NCBI GenBank assembly: GCA_963829055.1 | Contig: CAWHHI010000008.1 | Location: forward strand, 224,001-288,000 | Direction: 5' to 3' | Length of the DNA: 64,000 nucleotides | Origin: an uncultured Gemmatimonadaceae bacterium | GTDB lineage: Bacteria > Gemmatimonadota > Gemmatimonadetes > Gemmatimonadales > Gemmatimonadaceae | Part shown: piece after piece, positions 23,647 through 36,106 of the stretch | Layout: each line of letters starts with the position of its first letter | Numbering within the stretch: the first letter of the stretch is position 1 | The notes under the pieces: generated by a model | Databases searched by the model: none | Told to the model about the DNA's origin: nothing | What the model saw: only the letters and a program-made list of their open reading frames with translations | Translations under genes and position numbers: made by a program

Positions 23647-24497
23647 TGCAGACGACAGCGCCATTCTCCCCCCATGACGCGTCGTCGAACGCACCGGCGG
23701 CCGGGAGCCTCCGTCTCCCTCCGGCAGAGCCTCCGTATTATGTCGCTGGCGGCGAGGAAATAGCGCTATTCGAAGCGGCTCATGCCGACGGCACCGCCGT
23801 GATGCTCAAGGGCCCGACCGGCTGCGGGAAGACGCGTTTCGTCGAATTCATGTCGTGGCGCCTCGCGCGACCGCTCGTCACCCTGGCCTGTCATGACGAC
23901 CTATCGGCAACCGACCTCACCGGACGCTGGCTCGTTCGGGGCGGCGACACCGTGTGGCAGGACGGCGCACTCACCCTCGCTGCGCGACATGGAGCGATCT
24001 GTTATCTGGACGAGGTCGTCGAGTCGCGGCAGGACGTGGTCGTTGTCATTCACCCGCTCAGCGATCACCGTCGTCTCCTGCCGATCGAGAAACACGGCGA
24101 GATCGTCGATGCCGCGCCAGGCTTCCAACTCGTTATCTCGTACAATCCCGGCTACCAACACTCGCTCAAGGAGCTCAAGCCGAGCACGCGACAGCGCTTC
24201 ATCACCGTTAGCTTCGATTTCCCGCCGCCGGATGTCGAGCGCGAGATCGTGGTGCACGAAGGACGCGTGGACGAGGCGACGGCGCGACAGCTCGTTGAAC
24301 TGGCGATTCGCGTCCGCCGACTCCGCGATCGGGGGCTTCCCGAGGTGCCCAGCACGCGCGTGCTCGTTGCTACCGCAAGGCTGATTGCTCGAGGAATAAG
24401 CCCAACAGTGGCCTGTCAGTCGGCGATTGCCGGCCCCCTGACCGACGACCCCGACGTCCTCACGGCCATCGACGATCTGATACGGGGAATGTTCTGA
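23646..24497 (+). CDS. norQ: CbbQ/NirQ/NorQ AAA+ ATPase
   Basis: LKGPTGCGKTRFVE, CYLDEVVE, ISYNPGYQ, LKPSTRQRF, STRVLV. Confidence 0.93.
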   Translation: MQTTAPFSPHDASSNAPAAGSLRLPPAEPPYYVAGGEEIALFEAAHADGTAVMLKGPTGCGKTRFVEFMSWRLARPLVTLACHDDLSATDLTGRWLVRGGDTVWQDGALTLAARHGAICYLDEVVESRQDVVVVIHPLSDHRRLLPIEKHGEIVDAAPGFQLVISYNPGYQHSLKELKPSTRQRFITVSFDFPPPDVEREIVVHEGRVDEATARQLVELAIRVRRLRDRGLPEVPSTRVLVATARLIARGISPTVACQSAIAGPLTDDPDVLTAIDDLIRGMF

Positions 24498-24512
24498 CGG
24501 TGGGCTGACGAC

Positions 24513-26501
24513 GTGTCGGAGCCGGAAGAGGTCATCACCGACGCAGCACTCATCGCGACGTCGGCGGCCCGCACGCTCTGGGCGAGTCGGCGCACGCCCG
24601 ATGCGCGGGCAGCGCTCGGCGATGTTCGGCGCCGTGTCGAGCTGTTCATCGCAACGCTGTTCCCCGGTGCGCCGATGATCGGCGCGGCGGAACCGCCGGC
24701 CCCGCTGTCACTCCTGGCCAGGCTGGCCGGATACGCCGACCGCGCCGCGCCTCCGATCCCGTTGGCCTCTGTCGATGGAACGCGACTCCGTCTTCCACCG
24801 CGAGTCGATGCAACTGGAGAGCGGGCAGTCGCTCTCTATCGTCTGCTGGCGCTGGAGCAGGCGGCGCGTGCCGAGCGAGGGACGACTTCGTCCGTCCCTT
24901 CGGATGATCGGCTCGTTCGCGACCTGTACCTGCTGTCGGAGGCGGCGATGGTGGATATGCAACTGGCGACGTTACTGCCACGCCTCGGCCACGACATCGC
25001 TGACGCGCGGGCGACGGCACTCGCGGAGCGGCGACGGGGGAAGTCGACGCCGAAGGAAACGGCAGTGGAGCAGCTCGTTTCGGCACTCCTCGCTGCACCG
25101 CCCCTCGAGCCGCCAGCGCCGTTCGCGCACTGTGACACACCGCTCGAATCTCTCACCTGGGCGCGCTCGACTGGATCAGCCATGGCATTGCTGCGGGGCC
25201 GATACCGCGGAGCCACACCAGTCGCGTTGTGGGGGACGATCGCTCCTCCTCGCGACGCGATCCCCCCCGCACCTGAGAGTGATGAGTCGAGGCGCCCGAC
25301 GAATTCGCCGCGCTCGCACACGATGCGACGTCGCCCGCGCGTGCGCGAAGCCTCCGCCGACGAGAGCGACCCACAACCTGGTATCTGGATCGTCCGTGCT
25401 GACGATCCGCAGGAGAGCGTCGAGGACCCAGTGGGCCTTCAGCGCCCCGTTGACCAGGAGAAAGCCCCGAACGCCGCTGAGCTAGGCGACGCACTCTCAG
25501 ACCTGCGCGAGGCAAGGCTCGTTCGCACTCCCGACAGTCCGCACGACGTGCTCGCAAGTGAGGAACCGGTCCCCCGCGCACCAGCGGAACGTTCGAGCGG
25601 CGAGCCGCAGCGATTCGCGATCGTCTACCCCGAGTGGGACTACCGCATTTCGAGCTACAATCTGGATGGCGCTGTCGTGCGCGAGTTGGAGAGTGGGCGT
25701 TCCGATTCAGCATGGGCGAATCGAATGCTCGCCGAGCGTGCGTCGCTGGTGCGGCAGGTGCGGCGTGACTTCGAGAGACTTCGTCCCCGGCGAGAAATCG
25801 TCAGACGCCAGCACGACGGTTTTGACATCGACATCGACGCCTGGGTCACGACCGCAGCCGACGTGGCTGCCGCAGGCGCTCCCGACGAACGGCTCTACCT
25901 GTCCGATCGGCGACTGCGGCGCGACGCGGCGATCGTCCTGCTCGTGGACGTCAGCGCCTCCACCGATTCGTGGATTGCCGGCGTGCGTCGCGTGATCGAC
26001 GTCGAGCGGGAGGCGCTCCTCATTGTGAGTGAGGCGCTCGCGGCGCTAGGCGATCCACATGGGATCTACGCCTTCCGCGCACAGGGATCGCGCCATGTGG
26101 ACCTGCTTCGGATCAAGGGCTTCGCCGACCCCACCGGCGGCACGGTGACCGCGCGCATTGCGGGACTCGAGCCCGACGGGTACACGCGAATGGGCGCTGC
26201 GGTTCGCCACGCCACCGCACTCCTCGGGCGCGAGCGCGCGCGCCACCGTCTGTTGCTGCTCCTGTCCGACGGTCGGCCCAATGACGTGGACCTGTACGAG
26301 GGAAAATACGGTCTCGAGGATACCCGACAGGCGTTCGCGGAGGCCCGCGCGCAGGACGTACATCCCTTCTGCGTCACCGTCGACCGCGATGCGCCGGCGT
26401 ATGCGTCGCACGTCTTTGGGCGGGGGCACGCGGTGCTGCGGGATCCGGCGCTGCTGCCACAGGTGCTGATCGGTGTTCTCCGAAGATTGCTTCCGCGCTG
26501 A
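24513..26501 (+). CDS. norD: Nitric oxide reductase activation protein (VWA domain)
   Basis: YPEWDYR, LLVDVSAST (MIDAS), YTRMGAAVRHA, LLLSDGRPND..YEG..G.EDTR. Confidence 0.9.
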   Translation: MSEPEEVITDAALIATSAARTLWASRRTPDARAALGDVRRRVELFIATLFPGAPMIGAAEPPAPLSLLARLAGYADRAAPPIPLASVDGTRLRLPPRVDATGERAVALYRLLALEQAARAERGTTSSVPSDDRLVRDLYLLSEAAMVDMQLATLLPRLGHDIADARATALAERRRGKSTPKETAVEQLVSALLAAPPLEPPAPFAHCDTPLESLTWARSTGSAMALLRGRYRGATPVALWGTIAPPRDAIPPAPESDESRRPTNSPRSHTMRRRPRVREASADESDPQPGIWIVRADDPQESVEDPVGLQRPVDQEKAPNAAELGDALSDLREARLVRTPDSPHDVLASEEPVPRAPAERSSGEPQRFAIVYPEWDYRISSYNLDGAVVRELESGRSDSAWANRMLAERASLVRQVRRDFERLRPRREIVRRQHDGFDIDIDAWVTTAADVAAAGAPDERLYLSDRRLRRDAAIVLLVDVSASTDSWIAGVRRVIDVEREALLIVSEALAALGDPHGIYAFRAQGSRHVDLLRIKGFADPTGGTVTARIAGLEPDGYTRMGAAVRHATALLGRERARHRLLLLLSDGRPNDVDLYEGKYGLEDTRQAFAEARAQDVHPFCVTVDRDAPAYASHVFGRGHAVLRDPALLPQVLIGVLRRLLPR

Positions 26502-26649
26502 AGCGTTCAACGGCGGATCGAGCTCGCCGCGCACCGACACTTCGGAGGCGGCCTAACGCCGGCCTCGCCGGAACTACGGGCGTTTCTGGACAGGAATGTC
26601 CGCATCGACATTGACGCGCGGCGAGAGCGGCGTGGTCGCTAGTGGCTCG

Positions 26650-27159
26650 TCAGGACGCGTCGCCGTCCAGCTCGCGCGTCATCTCGATCATCGTCCGCCG
26701 GAACCCGGCTCGAGCGAACAGGCGCTGCGCCGGCTCGTTCTGCTCCGCCGTCGAGAGGACGACGCGCGGCGCGCCCCGCGCCTCGAGCGCCGCTAGCGTC
26801 GCGTCGAGCAGCATGCGACCGACGCCGCGCCCGCGATGGGCGGGATCGACGACGATGTCGTACAACGCGCCCGCCGGCCCGCGAAGCGCCATGTAGTCGT
26901 ACCCTTCGACGCCCGCGTACGTGTAGCCGAGCACCTCACCGTCCTGTTCGGCGACAAGGATGACGATGTCCTGGTCCCGGAGCAGCGAACCCAGATACGA
27001 GCCGTAGCCGTGCTCGGTCCGCGGCGTGGCCGCGATGAAGCGCTGGGGGTCGAAGTCGTGGTGAGTCTTTACGAGGAGCGCGCCGAGTCGGCCGATGGCC
27101 GGGACGTCCGCGGGAGAGGCGGGACGGATGGTGACGGCTGAAGGTTCTACTGGCGGCAT
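26650..27159 (-). CDS. GNAT family N-acetyltransferase
   Basis: IVVDPAHRGRGVG, NEPAQRLFARAGF. Confidence 0.9.
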   Translation of the reverse strand: MPPVEPSAVTIRPASPADVPAIGRLGALLVKTHHDFDPQRFIAATPRTEHGYGSYLGSLLRDQDIVILVAEQDGEVLGYTYAGVEGYDYMALRGPAGALYDIVVDPAHRGRGVGRMLLDATLAALEARGAPRVVLSTAEQNEPAQRLFARAGFRRTMIEMTRELDGDAS

Positions 27160-27200
27160 CGGTTGACGTTAGGCAGTGAGCGCGCCCGCCGCCAGGGCGC

Positions 27201-27920
27201 TCAGGCGTCCCTTCCCGCGACGCGGTAGCGGAGCCAGATCACGTCGTCGGCGCGCCGCTCGACCGATTCCAGCGCGAGCCGGTGCGGAGCTACGCCGTCG
27301 CCGTGGACGTCGAAGAGCGCCGGCGTCCCGATGCGGCCGTCAGCCACGGGTGCCAGGAGCAGGCTCACCTCGTCGATCAGCCCCGCGCGCAGCAGCCCGC
27401 CGTTGATCGCTCCGCCGCCTTCCAGCATCAGTGTGCGCACGGCGAAGCGCTCACCGATCTTCTCGAGTGCCGCGGCCAGATCGACGTCGCGTGCCCCGGC
27501 GATGAGATACGACACGCCGCGTTCACGCAGGAAAGCGAGATACTCGTCCGACACACGCTCCGACAGGATCGCGACGACGTGGTCGCCGTCGATGTCGTTC
27601 GACTCCCAGGCCAGCCGCCCACCCGCGTCGACCGCGAACGCGAACGACTCGTACGCGCCCGGCGCGATGAAGTCCTCGCGCGGCATACCTCCCGCCCGCT
27701 CGCGCGCGACCTCCGCTTCGGAACGCGTTCGCTTCGCGAACGGCTCCATCGTCACACGGCCGCAGATCCAGCCGTCGGCATCGTAGCCCGCGTGCACGAT
27801 CTCGTATTGCGCGGCGCGCTTCCGCCGAGATGGGCCAACCATCGACGACAATGCGCCCGTCCACGGACGCCATCATGTGGCAGATCACGCGCGGGCGCCG
27901 CGATGTCGGTGCGGTGGAGC

Positions 27921-27924
<4 letters not shown>
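27201..27924 (-). CDS. RibD C-terminal domain / dihydrofolate reductase family protein (apparent frameshift near 27820)
   Basis: RPRVICHMMASVDGRI, then CGRVTME, LMLEGGGAINGGLLRAGLIDEVSLLLAP. Confidence 0.87.
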
Positions 27925-28931
<1,007 letters not shown>

Positions 28932-28966
28932 CGAGTTCTATCCGGATCTGGCGTAAAGGTGATTGC

Positions 28967-30001
28967 TCAAAGCTCGATCATGACCTTGATGGACTCGCGC
29001 TCATTCATCGCCCGGTAGCCATCAGGCACGCCTTCGAGATCAATCACGCGATCGAACACTCGGCCCGGTTCGATTCTGCCTTCGAGGACATCCGGCAGCA
29101 GCTCCTCAATGTAGGCGCGCACCGGAGCCGGGCCACCGGCGATGGTGACGTTGTTGAAGAACGTCTCTCGCGCCAGCGGAATCGAGTCGTCTTGCGGCAC
29201 GCCGACACGGCCAACGGCGCCGCCAGGGCGGGCGATGCTCAAGGCGGTGCGCATCGACTCCTCGTAGCCAACGCACTCGAGCACGGAGTGAGCGCCGAGC
29301 CCGCCGGTGAGCTCGCGCACGCGCTCGATCGCTTCGTCTCCGCGCTCGCTGACGACGTCCGTCGCGCCGAACTCCCGTGCGAGCGCGATCCGGTCGCGAT
29401 GACGACCCAGCATGATGATCTGCTCGGCGCCAAGTCGGCGGGCGGCGATCACGCCGCAGAGGCCGACGGCGCCATCGCCGACGACCGCCACCGTCTTCCC
29501 CCGGCGGACCTTCGCGGCGAGGGCCGCGTGGTGGCCGGTGCCCATCACGTCAGAGAGCGTGAGGAGCGAGGGCATCAATGCGTCGTCGCGGCCCACCGGA
29601 AGAGCGACGAGTGTTCCGTCCGCTTGTGGGACGCGCACCGCCTCGCCCTGACCGCCGTCCACGTCGGGACTGCCCCACCCGCCACCGTTGAGACACGAGG
29701 TCTGCAACCCATCCCGGCAGAACACGCACGTGCCGTCCGACCAGACGAACGGAGCGACGACGAGGTCGCCTGCCTTGATCGTGCGAACATCCGGGCCCAC
29801 GGCAACCACGGTGCCGATGAACTCGTGCCCCATGCGTCGCCCGGTCTCGTTAGGCTGCATCTTCTTGTACGGCCAGAGGTCGCTGCCGCAGATGCAGGCG
29901 TGGGTGATGTCGACCAAGGCATCGGTCGGTTTCATCAGCCGCGCGTCAGGAACGGTTTCGACACGGACGTCGCCCGCGCCGTACATCAGAGTTGCTCGCA
30001 T
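28967..30001 (-). CDS. Zinc-dependent alcohol dehydrogenase family protein
   Basis: CICGSDL, GHEFIG, LSDVMGTGHHA, GDGAVGLC. Confidence 0.92.
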   Translation of the reverse strand: MRATLMYGAGDVRVETVPDARLMKPTDALVDITHACICGSDLWPYKKMQPNETGRRMGHEFIGTVVAVGPDVRTIKAGDLVVAPFVWSDGTCVFCRDGLQTSCLNGGGWGSPDVDGGQGEAVRVPQADGTLVALPVGRDDALMPSLLTLSDVMGTGHHAALAAKVRRGKTVAVVGDGAVGLCGVIAARRLGAEQIIMLGRHRDRIALAREFGATDVVSERGDEAIERVRELTGGLGAHSVLECVGYEESMRTALSIARPGGAVGRVGVPQDDSIPLARETFFNNVTIAGGPAPVRAYIEELLPDVLEGRIEPGRVFDRVIDLEGVPDGYRAMNERESIKVMIEL

Positions 30002-30174
30002 TGATGGCCTTTCGTGTCAGTTGACAGTTGCCGGTGCTTCGTCGACAACGAGAGACGAGTCGTCCGGGTAGGTGTGCCGCGTGGAGCGATAGCGTTTGCG
30101 AATCCGAGGCCGATGCGACTTCCGGAGCACTGGTTCCGACAGCGACATGCCGGGCACGACACTCTGCGCCATTC

Positions 30175-30305
30175 CAACGGATGTTCTCGAGCAGCGGCTG
30201 CGCCCAGTAGAGGTTGCCGACAGCCGTGCCTCCGGCGACCGCGAACAGCAGCGTCAATCCGCGGGACATCCCTGGGGGTCCGCGGTGTCCAGTGGGGCTG
30301 GTCAC
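30175..30305 (-). pseudogene. Stub of an MFS transporter (first helix only)
   Basis: [27 protein letters not shown], then homology lost; start overlaps the cupin stop (GTGA). Confidence 0.7.
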
Positions 30306-30706
30306 GTGTTCGGGCGCTGGTACTGCTCATCGCTGACGTGCTCCATCCAGTCGACGGCCTTGCCGTCGAGCGCCTCCTGGATGGCGATGTGTTGCATGGC
30401 CGTGGTCGCCGCTGCGCCGTGCCAGTGCTTCTCGTTAGGCTCGAACCACACCACGTCGCCCGGACGCACTTCCTCGACCGGTCCGCCCTCGCGCTGTACC
30501 CAGCCGCAGCCGAAGGTGACGATCAGCGTCTGACCCAGCGGATGCGTGTGCCACGCGGTGCGCGCGCCAGGCTCGAACGTGACGGCATTGCCTGCCGCTC
30601 GCGCCGGAGCGCTGGCTCCGTACAACGGATCGATCCGGACGGTGCCGGTGAACCAGTCAGCCGGGCCCTTCCCCGACGGCTGTGAGCCGCTTCGCGTGAT
30701 TTTCAC
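30302..30706 (-). CDS. Cupin domain protein
   Basis: [52 protein letters not shown] start with GGAG upstream. Confidence 0.9.
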   Translation of the reverse strand: MKITRSGSQPSGKGPADWFTGTVRIDPLYGASAPARAAGNAVTFEPGARTAWHTHPLGQTLIVTFGCGWVQREGGPVEEVRPGDVVWFEPNEKHWHGAAATTAMQHIAIQEALDGKAVDWMEHVSDEQYQRPNT

Positions 30707-30985
30707 CTGTCGTTCTCCCTGGTTGTCGTTCGTGCGCACACGACGTGGTGCAGCGGGCTCTCTCCGGAACAGCTCGGTCGCCACTCGTGCGATGCTGCAG
30801 TTGGCAAGAATCAGGACGTTGTTCACGTTCGATTGCAATCAAGCGTGACTCGACACGCCGATCTACTTGACCGAGGTTGTCGCCCCGGTAAGCTCTCCTT
30901 CACAATGGCCGACGAACGACCATCTGCGTGCCAACAGACCAACAAACACGCGAGCGCAACGTCAATGGTGCCGCGAGGAGCGTCG

Positions 30986-31735
30986 ATGCCACATACACAC
31001 GTAGAGATCGCAACCGGCGATGGCCGGTGCCCGACGCACATTTATCACCCGGACGGAGCCGGGCCCTGGCCCGCGGTGATCGTGTACATGGACGCCGGCG
31101 GCATAAGGCCGGCGATGATGGAAATCGCCGAGCGGATCGCGAACGACGGGTATTACGTGCTGCTGCCGGACCTGTTCTACCGCGTGGAATTCGACGCCAG
31201 CCAGGCGATGCGAATCTTCACCGACCCTGCCTACTTTCAGGAGATCAAGACGCGCGTGATGCCTTCGGCGAGCCCGACCAACGTTATGCGCGACACCGAA
31301 ACACTGTTGGCGCATCTCGCCTCGGACCCGCGTGTACGCAGTGACCGCGTCGGGATCACCGGCTACTGCATGGGCGGTCGTCTGGCGCTGTATGCGGCGG
31401 GTCATTTCGGCGATTCGATCACCGCGTCGGCGTCGTATCACCCGGGCGGGGTTGCGACCGACTCGCCGGAGAGTCCGCACCGACTCGCCCCGCGAATGAA
31501 AGCGCGGATCTATGTCGGCGGCGCGAGAGACGATCCCGGTTTCGACGACGCACAGAAGGCGCGGCTGGAGCGAGCGCTGACCGACGCCGGCGTCGATCAC
31601 ACTGTCGAGACGTACAACGCGCTGCACGGCTGGGTACCGTCTGACACGCCGGTGCACGACGAGGCTGCGACGGCGAGGCACTGGGACACGCTGCTCGCGC
31701 TCTACCGGGATACGCTGAAAGCGGCGCAGGCGTGA
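30986..31735 (+). CDS. Dienelactone hydrolase family protein
   Basis: MDAGGIRP, PDLFYR, GYCMGG, ALHGW; GAGGAG RBS. Confidence 0.92.
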   Translation: MPHTHVEIATGDGRCPTHIYHPDGAGPWPAVIVYMDAGGIRPAMMEIAERIANDGYYVLLPDLFYRVEFDASQAMRIFTDPAYFQEIKTRVMPSASPTNVMRDTETLLAHLASDPRVRSDRVGITGYCMGGRLALYAAGHFGDSITASASYHPGGVATDSPESPHRLAPRMKARIYVGGARDDPGFDDAQKARLERALTDAGVDHTVETYNALHGWVPSDTPVHDEAATARHWDTLLALYRDTLKAAQA

Positions 31736-31736
31736 C

Positions 31737-33359
31737 ATGGACGTATTCGAAGTTGTCATCGCATTACTCGTAGGCGGCGCCGCTCTGGCCGCCGTAGCCA
31801 GGCGCATCGGGGCACCATACCCGGCGCTCGTCGCGCTCGCCGGAGCCGGACTCGCGCTCGTGCCCGGCGCGCCGACGCTCGTCCTCGATCCCGAGCTCGC
31901 GCTCGCGCTGTTCGTCGCTCCCGTGCTGCTGGACGCCGCGTTCGACTCGTCGCCGCGCGACCTGCGCGCCAACTGGCGGGCCGTCGCGAGCCTCGCCCTC
32001 GGCGCGGTCGCGCTCACGATCGTCGTCGTTGCGCTCGTCGCGCATGCCCTCGTGCCGGGCATGTCGTGGGCGGCCGCGATCGCGTTAGGCGCCATCGTCG
32101 CTCCGCCGGACGCGGCGGCCGCCACCACGGTGCTCAAGCAGCTCCGCCCGCCGCATCGGCTGCTCGTGATTCTCGAGGGGGAGAGCCTGTTCAACGACGC
32201 GAGCGCGCTGCTCGTCTACCGCCTCGCGGTCGGCGCGACGGTCACCGGCTTTCTGTCGGGGTGGAGCGTGATACCGACGCTGCTCGTGGTCACCCTCGGC
32301 AGCGTCGTGCTCGCGCTCGTGCTCGCGCGGGTCACGATCATGATCAACTCGCGCATCCATGACGTCGCGACGGCGGTCGTGTTCCAGTTCTGCGGGACGT
32401 TCCTGGTGTGGATTCTCGCCGAACGGCTGCACCTCTCGGGCATCATCACGATGGTGGTCTACGCGATGCTGGCGGCGCGCCTCGCGTCGGAGGCGATCCC
32501 TGCGCGCATCCGCATCCCATCATACGCCGTGTGGGAAGTCGCGGTGTTCGTGCTGAACGTGCTCGCGTTCATCCTCGTGGGCTTCCAGCTCAAGTCGATC
32601 TCCGAGCGAGTGACCGGTTCCACCGGGGCGCGTTATGCAGCCGTAGCGGCGGCAGTGTGCGTCGCGGTCATTCTCGCGCGCATCGCGTGGGTGAGCGGCG
32701 CGGCGGCGTTCAGTCGATGGCGCTGCCGTCCGCGTACCGACGGTGCGCCCGGCCCGCGCGACGCCGTCGCGCTGACGGGCCCGGGCGCTGCCGTGGTCGG
32801 GTGGTGCGGCATGCGCGGCACCGTCACGCTAGCCGCGGCGCTCGCGCTCCCAACCAATTTCCCGTTCCGCGACCTGATCCTCACGACGGCATTCGGCGTC
32901 ACGCTCGGAACGCTCGTCCTTCAAGGACTGACACTTCGGCCGCTTCTGCTCCGCCTGCGGCTCGAGGACGATGGATCGGTCGAGCGCGAGGTGAGCGTCG
33001 CTCGGGTCGAGTCGCTGCGAGCGGCGCTGGCGGCCGCTGCCACGTGCCCTGGTGCTGAAACCGCGGAGCTCGTGCGACATCGGTACGAGCTCGAGCTTCG
33101 CCGCGCCGAAGAAGATCTCGCCGATTTCAACGCGGACGCAGATGGCGATGCGGCTGCCGAGACAGCAGGAGTGTCGGTGTCGGCCCGCTCCAACGGTCGG
33201 GATGGCGACGCCGCGGTCGTTCAGGCTGCGACCGAGGCGCAGCGCCGGCGGCTCGTGGCGCTACGCGCCGACGGCACAATCGGCGACGCCGCGTTTCAAC
33301 GCGTCGAGGAGGAGCTCGACCGGGCAGAGCTCGATTGGGCGCAGTTCGTCCGCTCGTGA
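31737..33359 (+). CDS. Na+/H+ antiporter, CPA1 family
   Basis: LGAIVAPPDA, ILEGESLFNDA, GMRGTVTLAAAL, TLVLQGLTL. Confidence 0.92.
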   Translation: MDVFEVVIALLVGGAALAAVARRIGAPYPALVALAGAGLALVPGAPTLVLDPELALALFVAPVLLDAAFDSSPRDLRANWRAVASLALGAVALTIVVVALVAHALVPGMSWAAAIALGAIVAPPDAAAATTVLKQLRPPHRLLVILEGESLFNDASALLVYRLAVGATVTGFLSGWSVIPTLLVVTLGSVVLALVLARVTIMINSRIHDVATAVVFQFCGTFLVWILAERLHLSGIITMVVYAMLAARLASEAIPARIRIPSYAVWEVAVFVLNVLAFILVGFQLKSISERVTGSTGARYAAVAAAVCVAVILARIAWVSGAAAFSRWRCRPRTDGAPGPRDAVALTGPGAAVVGWCGMRGTVTLAAALALPTNFPFRDLILTTAFGVTLGTLVLQGLTLRPLLLRLRLEDDGSVEREVSVARVESLRAALAAAATCPGAETAELVRHRYELELRRAEEDLADFNADADGDAAAETAGVSVSARSNGRDGDAAVVQAATEAQRRRLVALRADGTIGDAAFQRVEEELDRAELDWAQFVRS

Positions 33360-33386
33360 GCGCGAGAGCGAGAACCGTGTGTCGCG

Positions 33387-33435
33387 GTGCTGCTGTTCGA
33401 GTCACCCGCGTATCGGGTGACTCGAACAGCAGCAC
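33387..33435. terminator. Perfect 22-bp hairpin between convergent genes, possible bidirectional terminator
   Basis: GTGCTGCTGTTCGAGTCACCCG-cgtat-CGGGTGACTCGAACAGCAGCAC; no U-tract. Confidence 0.6.
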
Positions 33436-33442
33436 AACGATT

Positions 33443-36104
33443 TCAGCGAAGCACGGTGATCGGATCGACTCGCGTCGCACGGCGTACCGGCACGAGCAAC
33501 GCCACCCCCGCGCAAATGAGCAGGGTCAGCACCGCGACGCCGATGGCGATCGGGTCGAACTGCGGCACACCGTAGAGTTGCGTGCGGAGCAGTTTGGACG
33601 CGAACACCACGCCGAACGTGCCAACGCCAAGACCGATCGCCATCCAGACCCCGCCCTGCCGCAGCACGAGGCCGGCGATCGCGCCGCGAGTCGAGCCCAG
33701 CGCGATGCGAACGCCGAACTCGCGCTCGCGCGCCGACGCCATGCTGGCGAACATCGCGTAGACGCCCACCGACGCGAGCAGTAGCGCGAGTGCGCCGAAC
33801 GACGTCATCAACACCACCGGCAGTCGTCGCGACGCGAACCCCTCGTCCATCACGGCGCGCATCGTGGCCACGCGGTGCATCGGAAGCGCAGGGTCGATCG
33901 CGCCGAGCGCACGTCGCACGGTGTTGACCAGCGCGAGCGGATCCCCGGCGGTGCGAACCATGAACGTGTCACCGAACGGCTGCTGCCGGAGCGCCATGAA
34001 CATCATCGGCTCCGGGAGAAGGTGGGTGGGGTCGTTGCGCACGTTACCGACGACGCCAACCACGGTGATCCACGGCGCGCTCGGGTCGGGTGGCCCGATA
34101 TGAATACGCGCGCCGACAGCGTTCCCCTTCGGCCAGTAGCGCTGCGCCATGGCTTCGTTGATGACAATCACCGGTCCGACATCCGCTCGATCCGCGGTCG
34201 TGAACACGCGGCCCTGCTCGAGCGGAATTCCCAGGGTCTGGAAGTAGCCGTCCGACACGCGTTGGGTGAGGATGAACGGCACCGGCTCATCGGCCGCCCA
34301 GGGAGAATCCTGAATGAAGAGGCCATTGCTGTTTCCCACGGTGGTCGGAAGCTCGGTCGTGATCGCAACGCCGGTGACGCCGGGAAGCGCGCGGAGGCGC
34401 TCCTCGAACTGATCGTGAAAGCGCACCTGCGACTCGGCGGTGCCGTATTTTGCGTTAGGCAGCTGCACGGTGAACGTGAGGAGCCTGTCGGCGTTGAAGC
34501 CCACTGGGGCGGTCGTCATCGCCCACAGACTGCGGACGAGCAGGCCGGCGCCGGCCAGCAGACTGACGCAGAGCGCGATCTGCCCGGCGACGAGCAGACC
34601 TCGCGTCCGCCGAGTGTGGGTGCTCTCGCTGGAACCGCGCGTCTGCTCGCGGAGCGTGCTCTGTGGATCGGATCGTCCGACGGAGAGCGCCGGCCCGACG
34701 CCGAACGCGAGACCCGTCGCGAGGGCGAGCGCGAACGTGACGAGCACCGCACCGACGTCGAGCGAGAGGTCGGCATAGGTGGGAAGCGCGGTGAGAGCGA
34801 GGCCGCGGAGGAGACTCAATCCACCCATGGCCAAGCCCAAGCCAGCGGCGCCGCCAGCGAGAGCGAGGAGCACGCTCTCGGTCAGTAGTTGTCGAACGAG
34901 CCGCCCGCGCCCGGCGCCGAGTGCGACGCGGACCGCGAACTCCTTTCGTCGCGAGAATGGTCCGTGACAAGAGCGCACCGGCGAGGTTCGCGCAGGTGAT
35001 GAGAAGCACCAGGCCGGCGCTGGCGAGCAGGATCAGCAGCGGCGTGCGTGTGTCGCCGACCATCGCGTCGCGCAGCGGTACGCCGGATAGCCCGATACCA
35101 AGGTTGTCCTTGGCGTACAGCCGCTCGAGCTCCGCGCCGATGCCGACGAGCTCGCGGTGCGCAGCCTCCGCCGTGACCCCCGGCTTGAGGCGGCCGACGA
35201 ATCCGAAGTTGTGCGAGCCGCGCACACTGATCGGGTCGCGCATGAAACGCGGGATGCCTAACGGGAAATAGAAGTCCGCCTCGCCTTCGGGCGGGACGAA
35301 CGATCGCGGCAGCACACCGACGACCGTGCGCGGGATGCCGTTGATGCGAATGCTGCGGCCGATGACGGCCGGGTCGCCGCTGAACATCCGCTGCCACGTG
35401 GCGTGCGGAAGCATCACGACGAACGCCGTGTCGCGAAGTCCGTCCTCATCCCGAAAGCCTGGGCCACGGACCGGCGATACGCCTAACGTGCGGAAGAACC
35501 CCGGCTCGGCCCACACGGCCTTCACGACTTGCGGAGCATCGGCCATGTACACGACGTCGCGCGGAGGCACGAACGCACCGGTCGTCGAGAACGATCGTTG
35601 CCGCTCGCGGATGTCGCTCACGGTTCCGGCGCTCAACGAACCGTTCTCGATGCTGCCGTCGCGGAAGGGCGAATAGATGCGCACCAGGCGCCCCGGATCC
35701 GAATACGGCAGCGCGTTGAGCAGCACCGATTTCACCACGCCGAACACGGCCGCATTGGCGCCGATGCCGAGAGCCAAGGTCACGATGGCCAGCAGCGAGA
35801 AGATGGGAGCCCGAAAAGCTGCACGAACGGCGAACCGGAGGTCTTGCCGCAGATCGTCGAGCCAGTCGCGACGCGCCTCGGCTTTGCGGTCCGCGGTGAG
35901 CAGCTGCGCGCACTCCTCACGGACGCCGTCGACGTCGCCGAAGCGCTCGAGCGCGGCGCGACGGGCCGCCTCCGGGCTCATACCGCGATTGATATTCTCC
36001 TGGATGCGACGCTCCAGATGGAAGCCGAGCTCGTCGTCCACTTCCGCCTGGGGTTTTGGGGGCACGAACGGGATACCGCGCCCGCGTTCGAATCGATCGC
36101 TCAT
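33443..36104 (-). CDS. Duplicated MacB/FtsX-type ABC permease (ADOP-like); apparent frameshift near 34955
   Basis: EVDDELGFHLE..ARRAALERFG prefix, TLALGIGANAAVF, LITCANLA, RRKEFAVRVALGAGR, REFGVRIALG, RRATRVDP. Confidence 0.9.
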
Positions 36105-36106
36105 CG

